Below, one piece after another: positions 18,644 to 29,372 of a DNA stretch of 64,000 nucleotides. The position numbers were made by a program, and so were the translations under genes. Every line of letters starts with the position of its first letter. The stretch's first letter is position 1. The notes beneath the pieces are model-generated. The model did no database searches. It worked only from the letters and a program-made list of their open reading frames with translations, and was not told the origin of the DNA. The DNA comes from an uncultured Dehalococcoidia bacterium (GTDB lineage: Bacteria; Chloroflexota; Dehalococcoidia; DSTF01; JACRBR01): NCBI GenBank assembly GCA_964371355.1, contig CAYJMG010000017.1:10277-74276 (forward strand), written 5' to 3'.

Positions 18644-19489
18644 GTGAACGCTGCTCTCGAGACATCCATCAACTCCGGCGCGCGTCGCCGGCCGAGCTTC
18701 CGTGGGACGGTGCGACCGCTGCTCTCCGCGCTCGCCTCCGTCGTGCCCGGCATACCGTCCGGCGCCTTCAGGCGCGCGGTCGTGGAGCGGCTGTACGACC
18801 GTGACTGCGAGATGGTCACGGATGCTCTGGGCCGGCGGTCATACGGCAGCATGACGCTCGACGGCGTGGAGCTGGACTTCCCGCCCGCCGGGCGCGTGCA
18901 GTTCGAGGACCTCTCAGGGCTCTTCCCCAGCACGCCGTTCGCCTTCGGGGTCGCGCTCATGACGCCGCGGCAGCTCGCCTACATCTTCGGGCTGGCGCGC
19001 CGCTCCGGCGCCCGCACGGCGATCGAGATCGGGCGATACAAGGGCGGGGCAACCGTAGCGCTGGCCGCGGCCATCGCGCCGCAGGGCACGCTGTGGTCCA
19101 TCGACGACGGATCGCTGGAGCTGGACCCGGCGGAGGAACACTTCACCCGCCCGCACGACGAGCAGATCCACGATTTGTGCGCGCGCCTGGGGCTCGACGC
19201 GCGCCTGCTGGTGGGCGATTCCCGCACGATCGAGGTGGACACCGGTCCCGCGGACCTGGTGCTCATCGACGGTGACCACCGCTACGAGGGGGTGAAAGCC
19301 GACCTCGACCGCTGGGGCGGTCGCGCACGCATCGGGGGGCACGTGCTGCTCGACGATGTCTTCGCGCTGGGTTCCTACCGCCGCGGGTGTGAGGGCGTGG
19401 GCCGGGCGGTGCAAGAAGGGATCGACGAAGGAACATTCAAGCTGGTGCGCGCGGTCGACCGCATGGCGCACCTGGAACGGATTCGCTGA
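18644..19489 (+). CDS. Class I SAM-dependent O-methyltransferase (CmcI/Methyltransf_24-like).
   Basis: AIEIGRYKGGATVALA...DLVLIDGDHRYEGVKADLD. Confidence 0.7.
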   Translation: MNAALETSINSGARRRPSFRGTVRPLLSALASVVPGIPSGAFRRAVVERLYDRDCEMVTDALGRRSYGSMTLDGVELDFPPAGRVQFEDLSGLFPSTPFAFGVALMTPRQLAYIFGLARRSGARTAIEIGRYKGGATVALAAAIAPQGTLWSIDDGSLELDPAEEHFTRPHDEQIHDLCARLGLDARLLVGDSRTIEVDTGPADLVLIDGDHRYEGVKADLDRWGGRARIGGHVLLDDVFALGSYRRGCEGVGRAVQEGIDEGTFKLVRAVDRMAHLERIR

Positions 19490-19490
19490 C

Positions 19491-20318
19491 ATGATCGCAC
19501 AAGAACTGCGCACGGTCGGGCCGCGGGTGCCCATCATCGAAGGCGCGCTGCCGCACGAGGGCGAGCGGTCGTACGTGGAGTACGAGCACTACGAGTTCGG
19601 CGGCGCCGACGCATTCGCGAGCGAGTGGGACGACGACCAGAAAACGGCCTGGCGCAAGCTGCGCGAGAAACTGGAGCCGTTCTCCGAAGCGGTGCTCGAT
19701 GAGTTGCTCGCCGACGCGACACTGTCGTCACGTGTGCGGGGCACGGTTGCCGATATCGCGGCCGGCTCCTGCTGGCTCGCGGGCAAGGTGTCGCACCTCC
19801 CGTCGGTCGACCGGGTATACGTGCAGGATCTCTCGCGCGGCTTCCTCGAGCGCGTAGGCACGCAGGTGTACGAGGATCAGGGCGGCGACCTCTCGAAGCT
19901 CACACTGGTGGCCAGCGACTTCAACCACATTCCGCTGGAGTCGGGGAGCCTCGACGCGGCCTTCCTGTTCGCCGCGCTCCACCACTCGCTCTCGCCCATC
20001 CCGACACTGCGCGAGGTGCTGCGCTGCTTGAAACCGGGCGGCACGTTGTTCATCCACGAATCGCCGGTGGCCCAGCTCGGCCTCGAGCGCGACCGCCGCT
20101 GGTCGGAGACCGTGCACAACGCGTGTGAGATCCCGACCACGTTCAACGACATCCGCTACTACCTGAACATGGCGGGCGCCGTAAACACGTCATGGCGCAC
20201 CTTCGACTTCTCGCGGAACGCACTGAGGCGCGCCCTCCGCCGCGTCCTGCGCGTGTCGGGGACCGAGAATTGGCTCCGGCCGCCGGCCTACATCTTTACC
20301 TGCGAGGCGCCGCGATGA
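19491..20318 (+). CDS. Class I SAM-dependent methyltransferase.
   Basis: ATG 2 nt after the upstream stop. VADIAAGSCWL (motif I), VYVQDLSRGF, LKPGGTLFIHE. Confidence 0.7.
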   Translation: MIAQELRTVGPRVPIIEGALPHEGERSYVEYEHYEFGGADAFASEWDDDQKTAWRKLREKLEPFSEAVLDELLADATLSSRVRGTVADIAAGSCWLAGKVSHLPSVDRVYVQDLSRGFLERVGTQVYEDQGGDLSKLTLVASDFNHIPLESGSLDAAFLFAALHHSLSPIPTLREVLRCLKPGGTLFIHESPVAQLGLERDRRWSETVHNACEIPTTFNDIRYYLNMAGAVNTSWRTFDFSRNALRRALRRVLRVSGTENWLRPPAYIFTCEAPR

Positions 20319-21007
20319 GCGTCCGCACACTCACCAGGAGCCATTCGGCGACCGAAGGTGTCGCGCGCATGGAGCGCGTCCTTCTCGACCGCGACGAGGG
20401 GCCGCTGGAGGCGCTGGTCTGCGAGGAGATCGCTCGGTTCGGGATCAGGGGCCCGTTCCTCGACGTCGGAGCGGGGACCGGGATCTGGGTCGCGATGATG
20501 GAACGCGCGGGCGAAGTGGCGTGCGGCATCGACGTGCTGCCCAGCGTGCTGCTGGCCGGCAGGGAGCGTTATGGCCTGCGGAGCCTCCTGGTGGGCGAGG
20601 CCACCTGTCTGCCGTTTCGCGACAACACCTTCCGCTGGGTCCAGCTGCGTGAGGTCATCGAGCACGTCGACCGTGCACAGGGGCTGGCGCTGCTGTCCGA
20701 GCTTCGACGCGTGCTCGTGCCCGGAGGCGTGCTTCGATTGACCACGCCGAACAGGCTGAAGTACGCGGCGCCTTCCCGGAGGGTATCCCGCGCGCTCGCG
20801 GGACTGGCCGGGAGGGCGGACGACCGCGCGCACGTGCACGAGTACTGGCCGTGGGAACTGCGCGGGCTGCTGCGCCAGGCCGGCTTCGGCATCGAATCGT
20901 TCGGCTACAGGGCGCCCAATCGCTACGTCCCGCTGGACTTCCTCTGCGCGGGCATCGACATGCGCGCGACGGCGCCGGCCGATCACGGTACTGCGAGGGC
21001 AACATGA
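20315..21007 (+). CDS. Class I SAM-dependent methyltransferase (Methyltransf_11-like).
   Basis: ATGA overlap. LDVGAGTGIWVA...VLVPGGVLRLTTPN. Confidence 0.7.
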   Translation: MSVRTLTRSHSATEGVARMERVLLDRDEGPLEALVCEEIARFGIRGPFLDVGAGTGIWVAMMERAGEVACGIDVLPSVLLAGRERYGLRSLLVGEATCLPFRDNTFRWVQLREVIEHVDRAQGLALLSELRRVLVPGGVLRLTTPNRLKYAAPSRRVSRALAGLAGRADDRAHVHEYWPWELRGLLRQAGFGIESFGYRAPNRYVPLDFLCAGIDMRATAPADHGTARAT

Positions 21008-21182
21008 GCAACACAATCCTGAAGATGCGGCCGAACATCTCACGTCGCAACGAACCCGATCGTGCAGCGGCGACGCCGGTGGCTCGTGCACGCGCGGCGC
21101 GCCCCATCCGGGTCAAGCCGACGTTCATCCAGCTTCGGAGGCCCCGCTTTGCGGTGTCCGACGGGCTTATGACGGAGGCGCC

Positions 21183-22403
21183 ATGACGCTCGCGCCAGCC
21201 GCCGTTGCCGACCGCCGGATCGCCGCCCTCGCCCCCATCGCGCGGCCGGAATCGCGGTCATTGCGGGTGCTCACGGTCATGAGTTGCGGCCGGAACGAGG
21301 CCAGCGGCATGCCCGTCGCGAACGCCAGCATCAGCGCAGCGATGCGCGATCTGGGCTGCGTCGTCGACCACCTGTACCTCGACGATTACCCGGCAATCGC
21401 GCGCCGGCCGTCGATGCGGTACGCGCTCTTCGGCCCGTTGACCATTGGCCGCGTGCGCGCGATGGAGGCGGCACGCGGGCCGTACGATGTCGTGCAGATC
21501 AGCAGCGGTGACGCCTTCCTGGCCTCGCTGCTGCGCCATGACCGCACGGGACGGCGACGCCTTGTCGTTTCGCGCTGCCACGGGCTCGAGCACCGGTACT
21601 GGGACGCGTTCCTGCGCGAGGCGAGGGCCGGCACCCTGCGGACCACACTGCGTCACCGCCTGTACTTCGGCGGGCTGCGTCTGAAGCAGACGGAGTGGTC
21701 AGTGCACGGCGCCGACCTCTTCAACTGTCACACAGAGGCCGACGCGGATTACGCGGTCGAGCGCGGCTGGAAACAGCGCGATCAAGTGCTCGTGCTCCCT
21801 GGGGGAATCGAACCCGACTGGTTCGGGCTGGCAGACCCGCCGCCCGGCGAGCCGCTTCGGCTGCTGTTCTGCGGCTCCTGGACATGGATGAAGGGCCCTC
21901 ACGTGCTCGCCGAAGTCTTCCGGCGTCTGGCATCAGAACGCCCCGGTCTCTCGCTGACCGTCGTCGGCGCGGGCGTCGAACCGCCGGCTGTGCTGCGCGA
22001 CTTTGCGCCGGAAGTACGAGACCGGATCCGGGTGCTGCCGCGGCTGCCCCATCGCGCGGTGTTGGACGAAGTGCGCCGGCACGATCTGCTGATCGGCACG
22101 TCGATGTTCGAGGGCTTCGGCACGGCCGTGCTCGAAGCGATGGCCGCGGGGCTCCCCGTCATCGCCTCGGCGGTGGGGACGGCGCCGCAGTACATCGACC
22201 ACGCCCACAGTGGTTTCCTGGTGGAGCCCGGCGACATCGACGGGTTCGTCGCCGCCTACGAGGCTCTGGCCGCCGCGAGCCCCTCCCGGCGGCGGGCGAT
22301 GTCCGAGGCCGCGACGGCGGCCGTCGCCGCCATCACGTGGCCGAGCGTAGCCGCGGCGACTGTCGGCGCGTACGCCGAAGCCGCAAGACTCGTCGGGAGA
22401 TGA
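21183..22403 (+). CDS. GT4-family (GT-B) glycosyltransferase.
   Basis: GGAGG RBS. C-terminal EGFGTAVLEAMAAGLPVIAS...GFLVEPGD (E-x7-E). Confidence 0.8.
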   Translation: MTLAPAAVADRRIAALAPIARPESRSLRVLTVMSCGRNEASGMPVANASISAAMRDLGCVVDHLYLDDYPAIARRPSMRYALFGPLTIGRVRAMEAARGPYDVVQISSGDAFLASLLRHDRTGRRRLVVSRCHGLEHRYWDAFLREARAGTLRTTLRHRLYFGGLRLKQTEWSVHGADLFNCHTEADADYAVERGWKQRDQVLVLPGGIEPDWFGLADPPPGEPLRLLFCGSWTWMKGPHVLAEVFRRLASERPGLSLTVVGAGVEPPAVLRDFAPEVRDRIRVLPRLPHRAVLDEVRRHDLLIGTSMFEGFGTAVLEAMAAGLPVIASAVGTAPQYIDHAHSGFLVEPGDIDGFVAAYEALAAASPSRRRAMSEAATAAVAAITWPSVAAATVGAYAEAARLVGR

Positions 22404-23590
22404 TGGTCGTGAAAATCCTGCAGATCACCCGCGACTTCACCGACAACGGCGGCATCGGGCGCTACGTACAGGACGTCACCGGCGCGTTCCGTGACGCCGG
22501 CCACACGGTCGAGGTGATCTGTGCGGAGGGCCCCGATGGCGGCGCTCCCGGCGTGCAGGTCATTCCCGGCTGCGACGAGTTCGAGCATCCGGAGTCCAAG
22601 CGCGTCCGGGAGGCGGTGGCCGGGCGGGCGGACGCGTTTGCGCCGAACCTGATCCTGCTCCACGCCATGGACGATTTCGCGCTCGAGACGAGGCTGCGTG
22701 CCCGCTACCGCGTCGCCAGGTTCGTCCACAACAACGTGCACTGCCCCAGCGGCCTGGACCACGCCACGCAGTCGTCGCGCCCGTGCGATAGCGCTGTCGG
22801 GGCGACTTGTGTCGCCGGATACGCGAGCCGCCGGTGCTGGTACGTGCGCAACCCCGTCATCGCGCAGCGCTTCTTCCGGCGCGCCCGGTCTGCGGTGGCG
22901 AGCATGCGATCGGCGCCGCTTACGTTCACCGCCTCGCGCCACATGCGCCAGCGCATCGCGCGCCAGGGTGTCGATGCGCAGCGCGTGGTGGTGGCGCCGT
23001 ACTTCACCCGCCCGCCAGCGGCCTCGTGTGCGCGCCCGGCCTCGACTCAACGGGAGATGCGCCTCCTGTTCGTCGGCAGGATCGTCCCCGAGAAGGGACT
23101 GCACCACCTCCTCCAGGCGATGCCCGCCCTCGGGGACGACGTCCGCCTGTTGGTGAACGGCGACGGCCCCGCGCGTGCGGCCGCCGAGGCCCAGGCGCGC
23201 CAGCTTGGCATCGAGGGGCGCGTCGACTTCCTGGGCTGGACCGATCAGGACAAGCTCGCCGAGTGCTACGAAAAGGCCGATGCCGTCGCGATGCCCTCGC
23301 TCTGGCCCGAGCCGTTTGGTCTGGTGGGCATCGAGGCGATGTCCTACGGCCTACCCGTCGTGGGCTACGGCAGTGGTGCGATCCCGGAGTGGCTCACGGA
23401 CGGCGTCACCGGACATGTCGTCGCGCGCGGCGACATCGAAGGGCTGGCCCGCCGCGCGCGGCAGATCCTGGAGGACGGCGCACTTCGCCAGCGAATGGGC
23501 AAGGCGGCGCAGGACCGCGTCAGAGAGCAGTACACGGCGGCCCGCCACCTCGACACGCTCCTGTACTCCGTGAGTAACGCCCGATGGTAG
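22400..23590 (+). CDS. GT4-family glycosyltransferase.
   Basis: ATGA overlap. MMVVKILQITRDFTDNGGIGRY...EPFGLVGIEAMSYGLPVVGY. Confidence 0.8.
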   Translation: MMVVKILQITRDFTDNGGIGRYVQDVTGAFRDAGHTVEVICAEGPDGGAPGVQVIPGCDEFEHPESKRVREAVAGRADAFAPNLILLHAMDDFALETRLRARYRVARFVHNNVHCPSGLDHATQSSRPCDSAVGATCVAGYASRRCWYVRNPVIAQRFFRRARSAVASMRSAPLTFTASRHMRQRIARQGVDAQRVVVAPYFTRPPAASCARPASTQREMRLLFVGRIVPEKGLHHLLQAMPALGDDVRLLVNGDGPARAAAEAQARQLGIEGRVDFLGWTDQDKLAECYEKADAVAMPSLWPEPFGLVGIEAMSYGLPVVGYGSGAIPEWLTDGVTGHVVARGDIEGLARRARQILEDGALRQRMGKAAQDRVREQYTAARHLDTLLYSVSNARW

Positions 23591-24801
23591 GGACAGCGAT
23601 CCGCGAGCCGACGGTCCTGGAACCGACGCAGCGCCCCGCTGGTCCAGCGGTGGCGCCGATGCGCATCGCCTTCGTGACGGGCGAGTTCCCGCCCGATACG
23701 GGCGGCGTCGGCGACTACACACAACACCTGGCGGGCGCCCTGGGCGACCGCGGGCACGAAATCACCGTAGTCAGCACGGCGGCGGAGCACGACGCGCACG
23801 CCGGAGGGCACGGCGACACGCGCTTCGAGGTGCTGACGACCGGCGGCCGGCCGTCAGCGGCCGGCAGCGTCATGACGATCGTCCGCTCGCTACGGCCCGG
23901 CGTCGTGAGCTTCCAGTACGTGCCCCAGATGTACGGGCGAGCAGGAATCGCACCGGCGATCGCCACCCTGCCGCTGAAGCTCCGGCGTGAGGGTATCCGC
24001 GTCGTCTGCACGATGCACGAGATCGCGTCGCCCTTCGCGCCGGGCCCGCGACGGTCCGCGGTCGCCCTGGCGCACCGGCTCCAGGCGGCGGTCCTGCTCG
24101 CCGGGTGCGACACGGTCATCGTCACCAACGCCGCCCACGGCCGGTTCGCGCGCCGGCTCAGCCTTGGCCGCGCGCGGGTGCACCAGATACCGGTCGGAGC
24201 AAGCGTGCTCCCGCACGGCGATCGCGCCGCATCCGCGGCCCTGCGCCACGAGTTCGGCGAGGCCGTGCTGCTGGCCGGCGACTTCAGCCCGCTCGCAGTC
24301 GGGAAGCGTCCCGAAGACCTGATCGCATTGGCCCGCACGGCGGGACCGCGCGCCCGCTTCATGATGATGGGCGGGCTCCCGGCCGACGCGCGGCGGCGGG
24401 CGGCCTTCATCCGGCGCGCGGAAGCGGCTGGCGTTGACGATCGCTTCCTGTGGACAGGCCAGCTGACCTCACGCGACATCTCGCGCCACCTCGGCGCGCT
24501 TGATCTGTACGTACACACGAGCCACGCCGGCCCCACCGGCGGCAGCACGACGCTCGCGTCGGCGCTGGCGCACGGGTTGCCGGCCGTCGCGTACGACAGC
24601 GGCGACACGCCGGCCTACGCGCGGCAGGGTGGAATCGCGTTGGCGGCGCCGGGTAAGACCGAGGACTTCGTGGAAAAGGCCGCGGCGCTGCTGGACGATC
24701 CGGCCGCACGCTCGGCCCTGGGTGAGGGGGCAGAGCGGCTGCACGAGCGCCACCTGTCCTGGGATGTCATCGCGCAGCAGGCAGAGGAGGCCATGTCATG
24801 A
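23584..24801 (+). CDS. GT4-family glycosyltransferase.
   Basis: MRIAFVTGEFPPDTGGVGDYT core. An alternative start at 23659 is more typical for the family. The C-terminal GT-B domain is present. Confidence 0.75.
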   Translation: MVGTAIREPTVLEPTQRPAGPAVAPMRIAFVTGEFPPDTGGVGDYTQHLAGALGDRGHEITVVSTAAEHDAHAGGHGDTRFEVLTTGGRPSAAGSVMTIVRSLRPGVVSFQYVPQMYGRAGIAPAIATLPLKLRREGIRVVCTMHEIASPFAPGPRRSAVALAHRLQAAVLLAGCDTVIVTNAAHGRFARRLSLGRARVHQIPVGASVLPHGDRAASAALRHEFGEAVLLAGDFSPLAVGKRPEDLIALARTAGPRARFMMMGGLPADARRRAAFIRRAEAAGVDDRFLWTGQLTSRDISRHLGALDLYVHTSHAGPTGGSTTLASALAHGLPAVAYDSGDTPAYARQGGIALAAPGKTEDFVEKAAALLDDPAARSALGEGAERLHERHLSWDVIAQQAEEAMS

Positions 24802-26228
24802 TCGCCATCCAGACACCGCGCATCGAGCGCAACGCCCCCATCGTCGTGGTTGGCCTGTTGGCGCTCGTACTGCTCGGCGAAATCGTGGTGGGAAACGCGG
24901 CTGCGCGGGGACGCAGCGACCTCCTGACGCTGTTCGCCGTCGCGGCGGCGTTCTGCTTCTCCTTCGTCTACTGGCGGCAGGCCGTGTACGGGGCGCTGAT
25001 GCTGGTGTTCGTCGAAGGGTACTTCCGCAACCTGTTCAACGACCCCGGCGTGTTGCTGCTGAAAGATCTCGTCGTGTTCGCCATCTACGCCCGGGTGCTG
25101 ACGGACCGCGTGCAGCGTCGCGACACGCTGGTGCCCGCCAGCCCTATCGGCCTGCCCCTCGCCATATTCGCCAGCATCGTGATCGTGCAGATGGCTAACC
25201 CGCACGTCACGTCGTTCGAGCAGGCGCTCGTCGGCGTGCGGACCTGGCTGTATTACGTGCCCCTGTTCTTCGTGGCGCAGGAGATGATCCGCGAGGAGCG
25301 CGACCTGCGCCGCACCGGGTGGTTCGTGCTCATCGCCGCGGTGCCCATCGGCCTCCTCGGCCTGTACCAGTACCTGGCGGGCTCGCAGGCGTACGCCAGC
25401 CTGGGTCCGGGGTTCGCCAACGCGACATTCCTGGTGGGCGACGGCGCATCCGCGATCTTCCGCCCGAACGCGACCTTCGCCTGGCCGTCGAACTTCGCGC
25501 TGTTCCTCTCCCTCGCCACGCTGCTGTGCCTGGGCTTGCTCCTGGGGAGTCGCGGCCAAAGCCGCTGGGTCCTCTGGTTCCTGCTCGCGGGCCTCATCGG
25601 CATGAACGTGATCGAGAATCAGCGCTCGCTGCTCGTGCTGTTGCCGCCGCTCATGCTGGCCACCATCGCCCTGCGCAAAAGCTACGGCGCGGCGACGCTG
25701 ACGGCGCTCGCGATGCTGTTCGGTATCGTCGTCGTCGCGCTCGTCGCCTCGCCCGGTACGTTTACCCGCGTTGACGGCCTGGTCCGCAACCAGGACGGCA
25801 TCTTCCACGCTCGCACGATGACCTACGCCGAGCACCTGCGACTCGCGCTCGACTCCCCGATCGGCCTCGGCACCGGCGCGACGGCCATCGGCACGCGCCA
25901 CGTCGCGGGCGACATCCCGCTGTTCGTCGAGTTCTCGCTGGCCAAGGTGGCGGGCGACCTCAGCGCCCTAGGCCTCGCAGCATACCTGTGGCTCTTCGTC
26001 GCGCTGGTCCGCACGACGTTGCGGGCGCACCGTGCGGCCTCGCGTGCGCGGATGACGGGGGTGGCGGGCCTGTGCGCGGCGACCGCGTCGTTCCAGCTCC
26101 TTGTCGCCTACACGGGCTACGAGCTGGCCGTGGTGGCGCTGCCGTTCTGGTTCCTGAGCGGGGCGATGGTCGCCTTCGACCGCACGGGAATGCCCGAACC
26201 GCTTGCGGAAACGGGAGGCGCCGCATGA
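24798..26228 (+). CDS. wzy: Wzy-type O-antigen/glycan polymerase (O-antigen ligase-like multi-TM protein).
   Basis: GAGGAGG RBS. About 11 TM helices with a large loop. Sits between glycosyltransferases in a Wzx-containing locus. Confidence 0.65.
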   Translation: MIAIQTPRIERNAPIVVVGLLALVLLGEIVVGNAAARGRSDLLTLFAVAAAFCFSFVYWRQAVYGALMLVFVEGYFRNLFNDPGVLLLKDLVVFAIYARVLTDRVQRRDTLVPASPIGLPLAIFASIVIVQMANPHVTSFEQALVGVRTWLYYVPLFFVAQEMIREERDLRRTGWFVLIAAVPIGLLGLYQYLAGSQAYASLGPGFANATFLVGDGASAIFRPNATFAWPSNFALFLSLATLLCLGLLLGSRGQSRWVLWFLLAGLIGMNVIENQRSLLVLLPPLMLATIALRKSYGAATLTALAMLFGIVVVALVASPGTFTRVDGLVRNQDGIFHARTMTYAEHLRLALDSPIGLGTGATAIGTRHVAGDIPLFVEFSLAKVAGDLSALGLAAYLWLFVALVRTTLRAHRAASRARMTGVAGLCAATASFQLLVAYTGYELAVVALPFWFLSGAMVAFDRTGMPEPLAETGGAA

Positions 26229-27367
26229 CGACGATGCCGGCGACCCGCCTTCATGGGACTAGCACAGAAATCGAAGCCGCGCACAGCGAGCGCGCGGTCC
26301 GGCCGCTGCGCATCGCGATGCTGCAGCGCTTCCTGCCCAGCCGCTCGCAGGGTGGCGTCGGCCACTTCACGGACCAACTTGCCGCCCGGCTCGCGTCGCG
26401 CGGGCACGATGTCACGCTGTTTTCGGCCGATCCGGCGCCCGCGGACGCGCGCTATCGCGTGGTGCAGCCGGCGGCGGAGGAGCGCGTGACGCGAGGCAAG
26501 CTCGGGAACGTGTTCGGCTTCGGCCTCTGGCTGGCCGGGCGCGACTACTCGGAGTTCGACGTGATCCACGCGATGGGCGATAACCATCTGCTGCGGACGG
26601 ACACGCCCGTGGTGCGCACGCTCCACGGCTCGGCCCTCGGGGAAGCGATCCACGCGCGCAAGCTGGTGACGAAGGCGCTGTTCGCCGGCATCTACCCGCT
26701 GGAGCTTGCGGGCATCGCCCGGGCGACCCGCACGGCCACGGACTCCGCCGCGTCGATGCGTCACTTCCCGTTCGTGCACGCGCGCACCATCCCGAATGGC
26801 GTGGCCGACGCGTTCTTCAGCGAACGCCGGGTGAAAAGCCCCGTCCCCTCGATCCTGTTCGTCGGCCACGGGCTCCACGACCGTAAGCGCGGCTACCTGC
26901 TCCTGCGCGAGTTCCAACGCCTGGTGCAACCGGCGCTCCCGCGGGCCCAGCTCTGGCTCGTGTGCGACGACGTCGTGTCCGCGCCGGGCGTCCATACGTT
27001 CCACGACCTCGCCCTCGAGCGCCTCGCCGCGCTCTACCGGCAGGCGTGGGTGTTCTGCTTGCCCAGCAGCTACGAGGGCTTCGGCCGCCCCTACGTCGAG
27101 GCGATGGCGAGCGGTACGGCAGTCGTCGCCACGCCCAACCCGGGCGCCAGGGAGATCCTGGCGGACGGCGCATACGGCGATCTCGTCGATCCCTCCCGGC
27201 TCGGGCAGCGGATACTCGCGCTGTTGCAGGACGACGACGCACGCGATGACCTGGCCCGCCGCGGCCGCTCCCACGCCGAGCGGTTCCGGTGGGGGGGCGT
27301 CGTGCGGCAGTACGAGGCGCTGTACGAAGAGGCGATCGCCGCGAAGGCGAAGGGAAGGACGTCGTGA
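26225..27367 (+). CDS. GT4-family glycosyltransferase.
   Basis: ATGA overlap. SSYEGFGRPYVEAMASGTAVVATPNPGAREIL. Confidence 0.8.
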   Translation: MTTMPATRLHGTSTEIEAAHSERAVRPLRIAMLQRFLPSRSQGGVGHFTDQLAARLASRGHDVTLFSADPAPADARYRVVQPAAEERVTRGKLGNVFGFGLWLAGRDYSEFDVIHAMGDNHLLRTDTPVVRTLHGSALGEAIHARKLVTKALFAGIYPLELAGIARATRTATDSAASMRHFPFVHARTIPNGVADAFFSERRVKSPVPSILFVGHGLHDRKRGYLLLREFQRLVQPALPRAQLWLVCDDVVSAPGVHTFHDLALERLAALYRQAWVFCLPSSYEGFGRPYVEAMASGTAVVATPNPGAREILADGAYGDLVDPSRLGQRILALLQDDDARDDLARRGRSHAERFRWGGVVRQYEALYEEAIAAKAKGRTS

Positions 27368-28491
27368 TGCGCGTCCGCATGCTGCACACGCTGCCGGCCG
27401 ATGGCCGCACCAGCTCGGAGGTGTACGCGGGCGAGCTGGCAGGGGCGCTGGCCCGCATCGGGGCCACCGATCTCGAACTGACGCACCATCGCCCAGGCGA
27501 GCCGGCGCGATCGCTCCTCGCCGGGCTCAACGCCGGGCTCAACGCCGCGGCGCGTTTGGGCACATACATCGACCACTACGTCGCGTATCCCTGGCGCGCC
27601 GCGGCTGAAGCGGCCGACGTCCACCACGTCATCGAGCACGGTTACGGCCACCTCGCGCTGCGGCTCCCGGCGCGCCGCACGGTGGTGACCTTCCACGACG
27701 CCATGCTCATGAAGCTGCAGGCGCGCGAGCTGCCAACGCCCTACTACCCGCGCTCGTCGTTCCTTGCCCACCGCTTCAGCATCGCCGGGATGGAGCGGGC
27801 CGCGCACGTCGTCGCTGTGTCCAATCAGTCGCGGGCCGATTTGCTGCGGTTCACCGACTGCGACCCGGCACGTGTCAGCGTCATCCACGAAGGCGTGTCG
27901 CCGTCCTTCCGCCCGTCGCCGCGCACGGACGCCGGCGAAGCCCGGGGGACCGTGCGCATCCTGCACGTCGGACACTGCGGCTTCTACAAGAACATCGAGA
28001 CCATTCTGCGCGTCATCGCCGCACTCCGTCGGCGCTCCGAATGCTCTGTGGAGTTCGTGAAGGCCGGCGGGGCGTTCACGCTGGACCAGCGCGCACTCAT
28101 CGCCCGCCTCGACATCGATGACCGGGTCCGCTGGCTCGGCAACGTCCCCGCGCCTGACCTTCCCGGCGTCTACGGATCGGCGGACGTGCTGCTTATGCCG
28201 TCGCTGTACGAGGGATTCGGCCTACCCGCGCTGGAGGCAATGGCATGCGGCACGCCGGTCGTCGCATCAAACGCGGGCGCGCTGCCGGAGATCCTGGGAG
28301 ACGCGGGGCTACTGGCCCATCCGCTCGACGTCGACGGACTCGCCGCGCAGGTCACTCGCGTGCTCACGGAGCCCGGGCTGCGAGCCGAAATGCGGCATCG
28401 GGGCATCACGCGGGCGGCGAACTTCGCCTGGGAACGTACGGCACAGGCCACGCTGGAGGTCTACCGGCGTGTACAGGAGGAGGCATCATGA
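27367..28491 (+). CDS. GT4-family glycosyltransferase.
   Basis: SLYEGFGLPALEAMACGTPVVASNAGALPEIL. Confidence 0.8.
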   Translation: MRVRMLHTLPADGRTSSEVYAGELAGALARIGATDLELTHHRPGEPARSLLAGLNAGLNAAARLGTYIDHYVAYPWRAAAEAADVHHVIEHGYGHLALRLPARRTVVTFHDAMLMKLQARELPTPYYPRSSFLAHRFSIAGMERAAHVVAVSNQSRADLLRFTDCDPARVSVIHEGVSPSFRPSPRTDAGEARGTVRILHVGHCGFYKNIETILRVIAALRRRSECSVEFVKAGGAFTLDQRALIARLDIDDRVRWLGNVPAPDLPGVYGSADVLLMPSLYEGFGLPALEAMACGTPVVASNAGALPEILGDAGLLAHPLDVDGLAAQVTRVLTEPGLRAEMRHRGITRAANFAWERTAQATLEVYRRVQEEAS

Positions 28492-29372
28492 ACGCGACGG
28501 CTTCGGCCACGGTAAGTGGCAACCAATCACGGCTGAAACGGAAGCTGCTGCAGGGTTCCCCGCGGCGAGCGCTGGAGATCCTGCGCTCGGCGCGGCGTAC
28601 CGGCCTGCGAATCCTCGATCCGCTCGACTACGCCGCGCGCGCCATCAACAACCAGCGGCGGCTTCCACCGTTCCACCTCCGACGCGAGGTCGGCGACCCC
28701 AGCATCTTCGAGCGCTCGGGCGCCGAGTTTCTGGCGTACATGCGCCTGATCTGCGGCCTGCGGCCGGGCGAGCGCGTGCTGGACATCGGCTGCGGCTGCG
28801 GACTGATGGCGCTGTTCCTCGAGGACTACCTGGACGACAGCGGCTCCTATACCGGGATCGACGTGCAGGCCGAGGCCATCGACTGGTGCACGTCGCACAT
28901 CGCCGACCGACGGCCGAATTTCCGCTTCGTGCACCTGGACCGCCACAGCAGCAGGTACAACCCGGGCGGCGAAAGCGGCCCCCTGCGCCTGCCGTTCGAG
29001 AACGCGTCCTTCGACGTGATGGTCGTGAAATCGGTGTTCACGCACCTGCTCCGCGGCGACCTCGAGGAATACATACGGGAGATCAGTCGCGTGCTCGCCC
29101 CTGGTGGCCGCTGCCTGGCGTCGTGGTTCGTGTTCGACCTGCCGGGTGCACCATCGCGTGCGAGCACGTTCGGCCACGGCGACGGCGTCTGCCGCTATGA
29201 ATCGGAGCACAGCCCGGAAACCGCCGTCGCCTACAGCGAACCCTACCTGCGATCGCTCCTGGCCGCCCACGACCTCGAGATCCAGGGTCCCGTGTACCGC
29301 GGCCGCTGGGCGGGGGAGGCGGACGGCCTCTCGACCCAGGACCTCATGGTGATCGCGCACCACGATGCTTGA
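28488..29372 (+). CDS. Class I SAM-dependent methyltransferase (fifth in the locus).
   Basis: ATGA overlap. VLDIGCGCGLMALFL...LAPGGRCL. Confidence 0.7.
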   Translation: MNATASATVSGNQSRLKRKLLQGSPRRALEILRSARRTGLRILDPLDYAARAINNQRRLPPFHLRREVGDPSIFERSGAEFLAYMRLICGLRPGERVLDIGCGCGLMALFLEDYLDDSGSYTGIDVQAEAIDWCTSHIADRRPNFRFVHLDRHSSRYNPGGESGPLRLPFENASFDVMVVKSVFTHLLRGDLEEYIREISRVLAPGGRCLASWFVFDLPGAPSRASTFGHGDGVCRYESEHSPETAVAYSEPYLRSLLAAHDLEIQGPVYRGRWAGEADGLSTQDLMVIAHHDA

